64,000 nucleotides of DNA, from positions 3,296,001 to 3,360,000 of the forward strand of contig CBDCDZ010000004.1 in assembly GCA_965215565.1 (NCBI GenBank), in the 5' to 3' direction. The notes beneath the pieces were generated by a model. The model saw only the letters and a program-made list of their open reading frames with translations. It ran no database searches and was not told the origin of the DNA. Source of the DNA: Trueperaceae bacterium. Its GTDB lineage: Bacteria; Deinococcota; Deinococci; Deinococcales; Trueperaceae. Of this stretch, positions 38,467 to 48,489 are shown piece by piece (position 1 is the stretch's first letter; each line of letters starts with the position of its first letter). A program made the translations under genes and the position numbers.

Positions 38467-38911
38467 CGGCCCAGATAACAGCCTGAATTTGCCTACACTC
38501 GAGGCGACGGAACGCCTCGCCGCGTCTCTCCTCCGCCTCGCGCCCAGGGGCACTCTGCTCGTGCTTTCGGGTCCGCTCGGCGCGGGCAAGACGACGCTCG
38601 TACAGGCGCTCGGGCGCGAGCTAGGCAGCGACGCCCACATCAGCAGCCCCACCTACACTCTCATTCACGAATACCCGAGCCCGGCAGGGCTCCTCGTCCA
38701 CATCGACGCCTACCGCCTGCCGAGCGCCGACGCCCTCTTGGACCTCGGTCTAGAGGACTACTTGGCGCGGGCGCGTTTGGTTGCCGCCGAGTGGGGCGAG
38801 GGACTACTCAAGGATTTCCCCGACGCCCTCGAGGTGAGGCTCGAGCTGAGCGCAGAAGGGCAACGCTACGCGAGCGTGTTGAAGGAGGGACGCGCTATAG
38901 AAGTTTCGTAA
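38429..38911 (+). CDS. tsaE: tRNA threonylcarbamoyladenosine ATPase TsaE
   Basis: GPLGAGKTT, SSPTYTLIHEY, HIDAYRL, EW. Confidence 0.95.
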   Translation: MTQPGRAQLNLDNGPDNSLNLPTLEATERLAASLLRLAPRGTLLVLSGPLGAGKTTLVQALGRELGSDAHISSPTYTLIHEYPSPAGLLVHIDAYRLPSADALLDLGLEDYLARARLVAAEWGEGLLKDFPDALEVRLELSAEGQRYASVLKEGRAIEVS

Positions 38912-39020
38912 ACGGATAGTTCATGCGTTTTCAGGTGTAGAATTTAGGTGTAGAACTGGGTGCAAATACACGCGTGGATATGCACGCAAGCTGGTGATGA
39001 AACGTACGTTGTACAGTAGT

Positions 39021-39141
39021 GGCGCTATTAGGAATGACGCAGAGGTTGAACAAGGGGTTGCAACCCTTTATTTTACACGGAACCCCTTGTTCATCACACG
39101 GAAACGCCGCAAGACGTACCTGTCGGCTTTCTATCTGAACC
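39021..39141. repeat. Dispersed repeat family B, inverted copy
   Basis: GGCGCTATTAGGAATGACGC matches the reverse complement of the copy 1 end; AACAAGGGGTTGCAACCC core. Confidence 0.7.
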
Positions 39142-39200
39142 CACTACCGCCGTACTTAATCTTCTACTCGTATTTTGCACAGAAATTTCACGAACAAGAC

Positions 39201-39427
39201 AGTAGGTATCATCTGGTCAGAGTGTACGAAGTTTTGCGAAGCAACACTCGCACTTTGTAAAACGATGTTTCCTTTTGCTGCGCAAAAACTACGTAACCGG
39301 AAAACTGCGTAACTAGCACGCACTTCAAGGGATGAAATCCCGCAACGGCAGGGCGGCCTGCCCGTAACGCTAGTCCTTACGGACAGAGATCTGCGCTCAT
39401 CCGTCTCAGTATGTTGTGGAACTGCTA
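39201..39427. repeat. Dispersed repeat family A
   Basis: AGGTATCATCTGGTCAG...TAGCACGCAC...GAGATCTGCG...TCTCAGTATGTTGTGGAACTGCTA. Confidence 0.85.
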
Positions 39428-39512
39428 AAGAGGTTGCGACGCTTGAGTCGGTTGACCCGCTCGTGTCAGTTCGTCACGCAAAAAAGAGCGGCTAGAACCA
39501 GTAGACTGACCT

Positions 39513-40106
39513 ATGCCTTATTCCCGCCCTGACAGTTCCCTAATCTACTTAGGCATCGACAGTTCGAGCGCCTATCTCGCCCTCGCGCTCTGGTCTCCTG
39601 CTGGGGTTTTAGGGCGCTTTTGCGAAGAGGTCGGGCGGGAGCACGCAACTCGCATCGGGGTTGAATTGGAGAGGATATTGGCGCGTGCGGGCGTGCGGCG
39701 GAGTGACCTCGCGGGCGTCGGGGTGGGCACGGGTCCGGGGTCTTACACGGGGCTCAGAGTGGGCGTGGCGACGGCGCAAGGGATCGCGCAAGGCTTGAAC
39801 GTTCCTCTAGGCGGCGAGAGTAGCCTCGCGGCGATGGCGGCGGCTCATCTGACGTCTGACAAGCCGAAAGGTGTCGTCGCGCTGGACGCGCGGCGCGGGA
39901 ACGTCTACGCGGGCGTGTTCGAACGAACAGGGTTTGAAGAGGGTCACGCAGAGATTCGCTATAGCGGTACCGAGAAGGTCTCGAGAGAGGCGCTCCGGGC
40001 GCGCTACCCTGCGCTCCCTTATTTCGAGAACGTCGCCCCGGACGCCGCCTATCTTGCCCGCCGCGCCGCTGCGGGTGCGGGGGACACGACACCGCTCTAC
40101 CTTTAG
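39513..40106 (+). CDS. tsaB: tRNA threonylcarbamoyladenosine protein TsaB
   Basis: LGIDSS, GPGSYTGLRVG, DARRGNVY. Confidence 0.94.
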   Translation: MPYSRPDSSLIYLGIDSSSAYLALALWSPAGVLGRFCEEVGREHATRIGVELERILARAGVRRSDLAGVGVGTGPGSYTGLRVGVATAQGIAQGLNVPLGGESSLAAMAAAHLTSDKPKGVVALDARRGNVYAGVFERTGFEEGHAEIRYSGTEKVSREALRARYPALPYFENVAPDAAYLARRAAAGAGDTTPLYL

Positions 40107-40248
40107 TTTTTAGCGCTTTGGGAAAGAAGGATAGCTCGGCGGAGGCGGTATACTGCAATCACTGTGAATATCTCTACTAATCTCGTGTTCTACGCGGAAA
40201 ACTACCATACACACCGCAAATCCGCTCTATATCAACCGAGTGCGTACG

Positions 40249-41277
40249 ATGTTTAGCCGCCAGCAGCTCGGCGTGGACTTAGGTTCCTCGTGGGTCCGCA
40301 TCTCGGCTAGAGGTAAAGGTATCGTCCTGCGTGAACCCTCAACCGTGGCGCTCGCTGAGGAAGCGCGAGTCGTAGCGGCGGGGAGCGAGGCGGTACGTAA
40401 GGTAGAGGACGCGCCCGAAGCCGTCACGGCCGTGCGCCCTCTGCGCGACGGTTTTGCGGCGGATTACGACCTTACGGCGGCGATGCTCCGCGCCTTTCTC
40501 AAACAAGGGGTAGGCGCGCTGGGGCGTTTTTCGAGCCCCGATGTTATCTTGAGCATCTCCTCCGGCGCGAGCGACGCTGAAAAAGAGGCTGCGCTGCGAG
40601 CGGCTCAGGAGGTGGCGCGTCACGTATCGCTCATTCCCGCGCCGTTCGCGGCTGCTCTGGGAGCGGACCTCGGTGTAAGGAGGGGGGCGAGCGCGATGAT
40701 CGTCCATATTGGCGGCAGTGTGACGGACATTGCGGTTATCCGGGACGGGGAGACCGTCGCAGCGGAGCCCTTGCGCGCGGCAGGCTACGAATTCGACGAG
40801 GCAATCGTCCGTTTAGCGCGTTCTAAAGCCAAGCTCCTCATCGGTGAGCACACGGCTGAAGAGGTCAAGCTCGAGCTGGGCGCGGTTAGCTTGAGTACCT
40901 CTGAGCCCGCTACGGAGAAAACTATAAGGGTACGCGGACGCGACGTGGCGCTAGGGACGCCCAAAACTGCGCACCTAAACGCACGTGAGGTGGCGGACGC
41001 GCTGCGCGAGCCGCTGCGCAAAATCGCGGCGGGGGTGCGGCGCGTGCTCGAGACCGTCCCCCCCGACGTCGCCGCCGATGTGATCAGCGGCAGCGTCACG
41101 CTGACGGGCGGCGGCGCACGCCTACCTAACTCGGCTGAGTTTTTGCACCAGCAGACAGGTCTTCCGGTGAGGTTGGCCGGCAATCCTGCAGACTGCGCCG
41201 TGCTCGGCGCGAGCCGCGCTTTCGAACACCCTTCGCACGCGCTGTCCGAATCGCCATCGTCCTCCGACGAATACTGA
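40249..41277 (+). CDS. Divergent MreB/Mbl-like actin homolog
   Basis: GVDLGS, EPSTVA, RPLRDG, AG..FD.AI, IGE.TAE.VK, VRGRD...G.PK, LTGGGA; catalytic positions substituted. Confidence 0.82.
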   Translation: MFSRQQLGVDLGSSWVRISARGKGIVLREPSTVALAEEARVVAAGSEAVRKVEDAPEAVTAVRPLRDGFAADYDLTAAMLRAFLKQGVGALGRFSSPDVILSISSGASDAEKEAALRAAQEVARHVSLIPAPFAAALGADLGVRRGASAMIVHIGGSVTDIAVIRDGETVAAEPLRAAGYEFDEAIVRLARSKAKLLIGEHTAEEVKLELGAVSLSTSEPATEKTIRVRGRDVALGTPKTAHLNAREVADALREPLRKIAAGVRRVLETVPPDVAADVISGSVTLTGGGARLPNSAEFLHQQTGLPVRLAGNPADCAVLGASRAFEHPSHALSESPSSSDEY

Positions 41278-41303
41278 GGGGACAAACGCTAAAGGGTCAA
41301 GCG

Positions 41304-43805
41304 CTAAGGGGTGGGCGCGCCCTCTAGCGCCCACTGCGCGTAAGCGTCCACGAAGCTCACGCTCAGCGCGTCGCTGCCTTGCTCACCCTGAGCGCTTCCC
41401 TGCCCTAACAAAAAGGTCAGAAAGTCGTGTACGTCTTGGGCGCTGCTCTGGTTGAAGAGCGCGTCGCCGCTCAGCCCCTCGAAGCGTCCCGTGGTGACTT
41501 CTGGCAGGGCGCTTTGGGCGGCTTCGGCGCTATTTCTAAGCTCGTTCAGGAGACGCTGCACCAGCACCTCATTCTCTAGCGACACGTTGCGCTCGTCGTA
41601 GAGCGCCCGGCTCGAGGCGAGCCCGCGCAAGGTGATACCTTGGCTGATGAGTTGCCGAACGAAGGAGGGCTCGCCTGTCACCTCCACCGGCAGCGCCGCG
41701 CTGGCGCGGCGCTCGCGTCTAGCGCTGAGCGTGATATCTAAAGTGTAGCGTCCAGGCGCTAAATCCGCTGGCAAGGAGAAGCCGATGTCGTCAATCTGCA
41801 GCGCGACGGCGTTTCCGGGGATGGCGAAGGATTCCTCGTAGCTCGCCCTGTCAACGGGCGCGTCTTGCGTGTCTAAAAGCCTCAACGTGAGCGTGGCTTC
41901 TTGGGGTAGCTCGAGCCCTGGTGTGAAGAGTTCGAAGTCGGGGAAGAGGCGGTCTCCGGGGCGGAACGATTCGACGCTCAAGTTGTCCGGTCCCAAGCTG
42001 AGCCGCGCGTCGTCACCGATGTCTATAGGTGCAGGCGGGGTGCGGAGCACCTCGAGCCGCGTCTCTGCTCGCTGCTCAAAGCGCGGCGCATCCGGTCTTT
42101 CGCCTTCGGGTTGTTCCTCCAAGCGCGTCAAGTAGCGCTCGAACTGCGCGGTGGCGTCGTCCCCTCTATCCTCCGCCTCATAGAGCGTGCCTAGCGCGAA
42201 ATGGATGTCGGTGACGTCGGGGTAAAGCTCCAGGGCGTTTTCTAAATCTTCGATAGCAGCGTCGTCCACCTCCGGGTCGCGGCTCAGCGCCTCATCGTAA
42301 GCCTCCATCGCCACGCCCAAACGTCCGGTGACGGCGCGCGTGAGCCCCAAGTTGTACCAGGCGATGAACTCGTCGGCGTCAAGCTCGAGCGCCCGCAGCG
42401 AGGCGTCTTCGCTCGCCTCCAAGCGCCCGAGCAGGTAGTAAGCCCAGCCCAGATTGGTCCAGTAGAGGGAGCTGTCCGGCTCGAGCTGCGTCGCGACGCT
42501 CAGCGCTTGGGCGGCCGCTAAGGGCTCGTCCGCGTCAAAGGCGAGCTGTGAGAGCCGCTCGAACGAGTAGGGAAGGCTCGGCGCGAGGCGGCTGAGCTGC
42601 GTCGCTAAGCGGGTTTCCAGCTCGGCCTCCTCTAAAAGCTGCGCGGCGAGCACCGCGCCGATGAGCGCGCCGCTCGAGTCGCTCTGCGCGGCAGCTTCGA
42701 TGTCGGTCATGACATCGGCGCGGGGTCCGTCACTGAGCACCGTGTAAAGCGCGCGGGCGGCGCGTCCGAAGGGGTAGGACGCCGCTGCGTCAAACGCAGA
42801 AGCGGCGTCGCCCTCGTCCTCGCTCACTCGCAGGAGCCCTACCCACACGTCGTAAGCGGGAATCTCGCTCTGCTCCGCTAAGCGCTCGAAGATGCGGCGC
42901 GTCTGCGCGTTGCTAAAAGAGGGCGTGTTGAGGGCTATCGTCGCGGCGAGAGGTAGGGCGTCGATGCCCGCTAAGTCGCCCCCCGCAGCCGCCCGAGTCA
43001 CCTCTAAAAGCGCCTCGTAGCGAGGGTCCACCTCTCGCTCGCTGCGCCGCACGGCTCTCTCCAGGGCGGTCTGCGCTTCCGAAACGAAACCGCCGCTCAG
43101 CAGCGCTACCCCTTCGATGTAGTCGCCGTAAGGCGCGTCGAGGTCGATCGCTTCGACGTCTAGCAGGTCTGCGCTGCGCTCCGTGCTGGATTCTGAACCG
43201 GGTTCTGTGTCGGATAGAGCGCTAAGTAGCTCCAAACGCTGCTCCAGAACGGCGAGCATCGTCTCGGCGAGCCGTTCAGAGTTCGCTTCGGGCGCGGTGG
43301 CGGAGAAGGTGTGTACGCCTCTAGGGGTGGCGAGGTGGAAGGTCAGCTCGAGTTGACCTCTTGCGAAGTCGATGCGCCCGCCCAGCGCCGCGTTCACGCC
43401 GAGGGCGTCGCGCAGGAGCGCCACCGCCGTGCGGCTGCCCGTCGTTTGCCCCGCACCCTGATCCTGCCCTGTGCTGAGGAGCTGTAACGGGTTCAAGAAA
43501 CCGTTCTGTACCGGGTAGAGCGGCACGAGCGTGAGCGCCACGTCCGGTCCTAAAACCTCTACCGCGCCCTCTGCCCCGTCTTCCTCTAAGGCGTCTTCCT
43601 CCCCTGCGTCTTCCTCTACCGCTCGCGCTACCCGCTCGAGGGCTGACGCGACGCGCTCGGCGACGGCGACGCCTAAAAGCGCCTCCTGGCTCTCGAGTGG
43701 AAACACCGCGACTGTAGACGTTTGCGCGAGCGCGCCGCTGCAGACGAGCAGAAGAGAGGCGACGAGCGTTTGTAAGAGTTGGCGACGGTTCGGGAACGTC
43801 TTCAC
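41304..43805 (-). CDS. Exported TPR-repeat protein
   Basis: Signal peptide ALA/Q; TPRs (YWTNLGWAYY, AWYNLGL, HFALGTLY); C-terminal beta-rich domain. Confidence 0.82.
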   Translation of the reverse strand: MKTFPNRRQLLQTLVASLLLVCSGALAQTSTVAVFPLESQEALLGVAVAERVASALERVARAVEEDAGEEDALEEDGAEGAVEVLGPDVALTLVPLYPVQNGFLNPLQLLSTGQDQGAGQTTGSRTAVALLRDALGVNAALGGRIDFARGQLELTFHLATPRGVHTFSATAPEANSERLAETMLAVLEQRLELLSALSDTEPGSESSTERSADLLDVEAIDLDAPYGDYIEGVALLSGGFVSEAQTALERAVRRSEREVDPRYEALLEVTRAAAGGDLAGIDALPLAATIALNTPSFSNAQTRRIFERLAEQSEIPAYDVWVGLLRVSEDEGDAASAFDAAASYPFGRAARALYTVLSDGPRADVMTDIEAAAQSDSSGALIGAVLAAQLLEEAELETRLATQLSRLAPSLPYSFERLSQLAFDADEPLAAAQALSVATQLEPDSSLYWTNLGWAYYLLGRLEASEDASLRALELDADEFIAWYNLGLTRAVTGRLGVAMEAYDEALSRDPEVDDAAIEDLENALELYPDVTDIHFALGTLYEAEDRGDDATAQFERYLTRLEEQPEGERPDAPRFEQRAETRLEVLRTPPAPIDIGDDARLSLGPDNLSVESFRPGDRLFPDFELFTPGLELPQEATLTLRLLDTQDAPVDRASYEESFAIPGNAVALQIDDIGFSLPADLAPGRYTLDITLSARRERRASAALPVEVTGEPSFVRQLISQGITLRGLASSRALYDERNVSLENEVLVQRLLNELRNSAEAAQSALPEVTTGRFEGLSGDALFNQSSAQDVHDFLTFLLGQGSAQGEQGSDALSVSFVDAYAQWALEGAPTP

Positions 43806-43950
43806 GGTATCAGACCTTTCGTCAGGTGGGCTCTAAAGAGTCTCGAGGTGGGAGGAGGGTGCTCCCCGACCTTCGGCAGAGCGGCTTGCGGTCACGCTTC
43901 AGTCGCGCCGCCCTCTAACCCAAATTATCACGCAGGGAGTGAGAAGGCGT

Positions 43951-43976
43951 AAACCTAGCGTCGCACGACGCTAGGT
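43951..43976 (-). terminator. Hairpin/terminator after the PASTA gene
   Basis: ACCTAGCGTCG/CGACGCTAGGT perfect inverted repeat. Confidence 0.65.
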
Positions 43977-44014
43977 GTGAGCTGTTTCACGCGCCGTTAG
44001 AGCAGTGCTTCCGC

Positions 44015-45709
44015 TTACCGAGGATTGACGGTGGTGCGCTCGCCGTAGCGCAAGCCGTCGAGGGTCAGCTCGAACGTGACGGGACCTGGCGCAGAGGTCT
44101 GCCACGTGCCTTCGATGCGTTCGCCGCCGCGTACGCGCTGCGCGGCGATCAGCTCCGGCTCGCCCGAAAGCGTCGTGACGGTAACTTGCGCGACGCTTTC
44201 AGGAATGCCCTCTTGAAGGTCCCAACGGTACGCGGCGCGGCGCGGCTCACCCGGGCGGACCTCTGCGACGGCGTCGGGGGTAGGCACAGACCTGGGCGGC
44301 TCGTTGAGCGTTAGCGTCACGCGCTGCCCCGCTAGCGCCGTTCCCGGCGGCGGGTCTTGCGTGATGACGCCCATAGGCAAGCGCCCCGAGCTTATCTCTC
44401 TAGGCGCGACTACACGCAACCCCTCGCGCTGCGCTAAGCGGCGGGCGTCCTCTAACGTCATCCCTATGAAGTTGGGTACGCTCGCGCTATTCGCTGCGCC
44501 GCGCTGCGTTTCACCCGTCACGGTGAGCCGGAGCGCCGCTGCGTCCTGCGCGATGAGCTGGTTCGGTGCGACGTTCTGACCCAGCACGATGTTCGCTCGC
44601 TGCCCGGTGCCGTTCACCCGCTCGATTTCGGGCGCGGCTAAGCCCGCCGCGCGGATGAGCGCGGTGGCGTCTGCTAAATTCAGCCCCGTGAGGTCTGGCA
44701 AGAAGGTCAGCGCGCCTTGAGGTCCCTCGCTGACGAGCAAGTCGACGGAGCTGCCCGCAGGCGCTTGACCTTCCCAGGATTGCGCGATGACCGCGCCACT
44801 CGGTTCCTCGCTGTGGAGGCGTGAAAGGGTGCCCAGCTCGAGCCCCGCGCTCAGGAGCTGCTGCTCGGCTTCGCGCACCGAGAGGCCGCTAAGCTCGGGC
44901 ACCTCAGTGGAGGCGAGCTGTCCCGGCGGCAGCGCGTAGCGCAGATGGACGGTGCGCCCCGGTCTGAGCTGCGCGCCCGCGCTCGGCTCACTGCTCAGGA
45001 CCTGACCGATACTTTGCGCGGAGGAGACAGGGCTCGAGCTTGTGTCAAGCCCTGTCTCCTGCAAGACGCGCCGCGCCGCGCTGACCTCTTGACCGCGCAC
45101 GTCGGGCACGACGACGAACTCGCGGCTGAGCGGATAGTAGACGCTCGAGGCGAGGAGCAGCGCGCCCACGAGAGCAAGCGCCGCGCCTGGCAGCCACGTT
45201 TGAAGTCCCGCTGCCCAGCCGCGCCCAACCCGCGAACGCTGTTCCTGCGGCGCAGCGACGACAGGCTGCATCTTGCGCGGGCTCTCGCCAGCAGACTGGT
45301 GCGCAGACTGGTGCAGCGTCTCGGAGCGCTCGAAGGCGAGGGCGTATACTCTATGTCCTTCTCCATCGGCGCAGATGTAGGCGTCACCCAGAGACCAACC
45401 GTGAGCGTGAAGAACCGCCGCAATCGCCGCCGCTTCATCCTCTGTCGGTGAAGCGTGCTCCACGGGCGGCACGTGCCACGCGACATAATGCGCGCCCGGT
45501 CTCGCTACGAGGTCGTAGATAGCTGCGAGACCTTCGCGCCTGAGCGCGCGCAGCAGTTTCCGGTAGCGCTCGAACGCCGCCTCCTCCGCCGCGCCCAAGC
45601 TGTACCAAGCGACGCGCACCGCCGCGCCATTAGGTGCTGTGGCGTCGAAGAGCGTGCCGCGCGGTCCTAAAGGGCGCTGTAAAATGATTTCGTACTTGCC
45701 GTCTAACAT
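44015..45709 (-). CDS. PASTA-repeat membrane protein with degenerate kinase-like N-terminus
   Basis: TM then four PASTA repeats (VPDVRG, VPELSG, LPDLTG, VPNFIG); N-terminus MLDGKYEI resembles a Hanks kinase start. Confidence 0.82.
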   Translation of the reverse strand: MLDGKYEIILQRPLGPRGTLFDATAPNGAAVRVAWYSLGAAEEAAFERYRKLLRALRREGLAAIYDLVARPGAHYVAWHVPPVEHASPTEDEAAAIAAVLHAHGWSLGDAYICADGEGHRVYALAFERSETLHQSAHQSAGESPRKMQPVVAAPQEQRSRVGRGWAAGLQTWLPGAALALVGALLLASSVYYPLSREFVVVPDVRGQEVSAARRVLQETGLDTSSSPVSSAQSIGQVLSSEPSAGAQLRPGRTVHLRYALPPGQLASTEVPELSGLSVREAEQQLLSAGLELGTLSRLHSEEPSGAVIAQSWEGQAPAGSSVDLLVSEGPQGALTFLPDLTGLNLADATALIRAAGLAAPEIERVNGTGQRANIVLGQNVAPNQLIAQDAAALRLTVTGETQRGAANSASVPNFIGMTLEDARRLAQREGLRVVAPREISSGRLPMGVITQDPPPGTALAGQRVTLTLNEPPRSVPTPDAVAEVRPGEPRRAAYRWDLQEGIPESVAQVTVTTLSGEPELIAAQRVRGGERIEGTWQTSAPGPVTFELTLDGLRYGERTTVNPR

Positions 45710-45775
45710 GATTGCAACATAGATGTAAGGGCTGCGCTACTCCTATTCTAGTAAAGGACGCGCGAAGCCTCAATA

Positions 45776-46031
45776 TAGCAGGTATCCGTATATTAAGAGA
45801 AGCGAGGTGTTGCTAGGCAGCAAACTTGCGTCCCCGCGGGCTTTTAGACTGCTCGCTTCCGCGGAGCAGCTTTTAGAAACGTAGCACGCACGTTATGAGA
45901 TGAGGTTCCGTTCTCAAGCGAAGCTATCCCGCTCTCAGGCAAAGCCGTCCCGCTAGGCTTTGCCTGAGAGCAGGACCGGTCTGCGAGCTGAAATCTGCGT
46001 TCATCTGTCTCAGTATGTTTTGGAACTGCTA
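45776..46031. repeat. Dispersed repeat family A
   Basis: TAGCAGGTATC...TAGCACGCAC...ATCTGCG...TCTCAGTATGTTTTGGAACTGCTA. Confidence 0.82.
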
Positions 46032-46147
46032 AGGAACACACAAAGCGAGAAGCTTTGACGCTTTCTATGATAACGCGCCGACGCACCGTAACGTAAAAGA
46101 GCGCGGCAAAAACCGCGCTACAAAGTAACTCTGTGAAAAAGTTGGGA

Positions 46148-48151
46148 TTAGCTGCTCGAGCCCTCTGCGCTCGGGCGCGGATCAATAGGCTGCTTTGTGC
46201 GTTCTTCGTTGCGGCGCTTTTGACGCTCCGCGGCTTCGGCTTGCTCGGCGGCGCGCCTCGAGGCTTCCTCGACGCTGCGCTCGGCGGCTTCTGCCTCGCT
46301 GACGATCATCGTCGTGATCTCCTCGGCTGACGCACCCTCTTGCGCCCGCTCATACGCCTTCGCGATGAGCACGCCGTCCACAGTCTCACGCTGGAGGAGC
46401 GCTTCAGCGACGCCCTGGACCACCGGCCAGTTCTCCTCGACGACCTTCTCCGTCGTTTCGTAGGCGGTGCTCAGAATCTCGTTGACTTGACCCTCTAGCT
46501 CGCGCGCCGTCTCTTCGCTGAAGTCTTTGCGGCGGCTGATCTCGCCGCCTAAAAAGACTGGACCTTGGTCCGAGCCCCACGCGACGAACTCCCTGCCGCC
46601 CATGCCGAGATCGAAGACCATCTGCTTCGCCATACCCGTAGCTTGTTTGAGGTCATTAGACGCGCCCGACGAGATGGTGCCGGTGAGCTTCTTCTCGGCG
46701 ACGCGCCCGCCAAAGGCGACAACGAGTTGCTGATGGAAGCGTTCACGCGAGAAGAACATCTCTTCTTTGGACAAAGGAGCCATAAAGCCACCCGCCCCGC
46801 CGCGCGGCATGATCGTAACTTTGCGGATGTGACCCAAGTCAGGTTGTGTGACGAACGCTACCGCGTGCCCCGCTTCGTGAAAGGCGAGGATTTTGCGCTC
46901 GTCCTCACTCGGGACGAGCGAGCCGCGCCGCAATCCTAAAACGATGCGGTCGAGCGCCTCGTTGAAGTCCGCCCAGGAGATGATCTGCTTACCCGTACGC
47001 GCCGCAATCAGCGCTGCCTCGTTTGTGAGGTTCTCCAGGTCTGCGCCTGAGAACATCGGCGTGGCACCCGCCAAGCGCTCCAAGTTGACGTCTTCGGCGA
47101 TGGGCTTATTGCGCACGTGAACGCGCAAAACCTGTTCACGCTCGCGCTGCGTCGGCAGCCCGATGGTTACCTGACGGTCGAAGCGCCCAGGGCGCAGAAG
47201 TGCCGGGTCTAAGATGTCGGGGCGGTTCGTCGCCGCGATGATGATGACCGAGGTGTCTTTCTCGAAACCGTCCATCTCGGAGAGAATTTGGTTCAGGGTC
47301 TGCTCGCGCTCGTCGTGACCGCCGCCGATGCCCGCACCGCGCCGCCGCCCAATGGAGTCAAGCTCGTCGATGAAGATAATTGCGGGGCTCGCCTTACGCG
47401 CCTCTTCGAAGAGGTTACGCACGCGGCTCGCGCCGACACCTACAAACATCTCCATAAATTCAGACGCTGAGACGGTCAAGAAGGGTACGCCCGCTTCACC
47501 TGCCACCGCGCGCGCCAGGAGGGTTTTACCCGTTCCTGGTGGACCCACTAGGAGCATCCCTTTTGGAATCTCCGCGCCGATGCGCAAATATTTCTGCGGC
47601 GACTGTAAGAAGTCTACGGTCTCTTTAAGCTCTTGTTTCGCCTCTTCATGCCCTGCGACATCATCGAACGTAGTTTTGACCTTGTTCTCACGCCCGTACG
47701 TCTTCGCCTTGGACTGACCGAACTGCATCACCTGGCTGGGGCCACCCTGCGCCCGCATGAAGATGAACCAGAAGAAGGCGATGAGGATGATGATGGGCAG
47801 GAGCGCAAACGCGATACCCGTCCAGGGCGACTGGTTGCGACCGTCATAGTTGACGTTTTGCTCGCGTAAGAGCGGGATGAGTTCGGGGTCGCCTGAAGGC
47901 GGCGGGGTCGTCTCGAAGCGCAGGATGCTTCTGACATTTTCGCCCTGCCCGACTTGCGTTTCCGATTTGAGTTCGCCGCTGATGTCGCCGTCGCGGATAA
48001 GCGCGGATTGGACCTTGCCCTCTTCGACGAGGTCGATAAAGGTCGAGTAGCCGATTTCGCTGCCCGAGGGGGTGGCGTTAAACTGGTTGAACACAAAGAT
48101 GCCTAAGATAATGAGCATCACCAGGAGCCAGGGATTAAAAGATCGTTTCAA
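46148..48151 (-). CDS. ftsH: ATP-dependent zinc metalloprotease FtsH (paralog 2)
   Basis: Two TMs, [26 protein letters not shown]. Confidence 0.96.
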   Translation of the reverse strand: MKRSFNPWLLVMLIILGIFVFNQFNATPSGSEIGYSTFIDLVEEGKVQSALIRDGDISGELKSETQVGQGENVRSILRFETTPPPSGDPELIPLLREQNVNYDGRNQSPWTGIAFALLPIIILIAFFWFIFMRAQGGPSQVMQFGQSKAKTYGRENKVKTTFDDVAGHEEAKQELKETVDFLQSPQKYLRIGAEIPKGMLLVGPPGTGKTLLARAVAGEAGVPFLTVSASEFMEMFVGVGASRVRNLFEEARKASPAIIFIDELDSIGRRRGAGIGGGHDEREQTLNQILSEMDGFEKDTSVIIIAATNRPDILDPALLRPGRFDRQVTIGLPTQREREQVLRVHVRNKPIAEDVNLERLAGATPMFSGADLENLTNEAALIAARTGKQIISWADFNEALDRIVLGLRRGSLVPSEDERKILAFHEAGHAVAFVTQPDLGHIRKVTIMPRGGAGGFMAPLSKEEMFFSRERFHQQLVVAFGGRVAEKKLTGTISSGASNDLKQATGMAKQMVFDLGMGGREFVAWGSDQGPVFLGGEISRRKDFSEETARELEGQVNEILSTAYETTEKVVEENWPVVQGVAEALLQRETVDGVLIAKAYERAQEGASAEEITTMIVSEAEAAERSVEEASRRAAEQAEAAERQKRRNEERTKQPIDPRPSAEGSSS

Positions 48152-48335
48152 GGGTGCCTCCAGGCGGCGCGGACGCCGCGTAGCCTACCGTAGAGCCAAC
48201 GCGCGCCTCATACCTGGGAAGCGGGTTGTGGTAGGGATAATGTTCCATAATCGTAGCACCTCTTCTCTCACGCTGGCTGTAAGCTATCGGACGAAATTAG
48301 GCGAAAATTCGGGTTGCACGTTAGATAATTCACTT

Positions 48336-48449
48336 GGCTCTGTAGCGAGAGCGTCACGTTTCAACCTTCTGTCTTGGGGCGGCTCACCAGCGAGTGATCA
48401 AGGAGTTTCAACCCCTTGTTTTGACACCACCGTCATTCCAGATAGAGCC
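48336..48449. repeat. Dispersed repeat family B
   Basis: GGCTCT...CAAGGAGTTTCAACCCCTTGTTTTGACACCACCGTCATTCCAGATAGAGCC. Confidence 0.78.
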
Positions 48450-48489
48450 ACTACCCCCCCATATTTACCGGAGGAGTACACTGGCTTAC

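Noticed and set aside
25988..48151. Two ftsH genes in one window
   Set aside because: Multiple FtsH paralogs are common; both look canonical.
48394..48489. N-terminal extension of the SulP ORF
   Set aside because: Translates through a family B repeat; the real start is probably GTG 48490.
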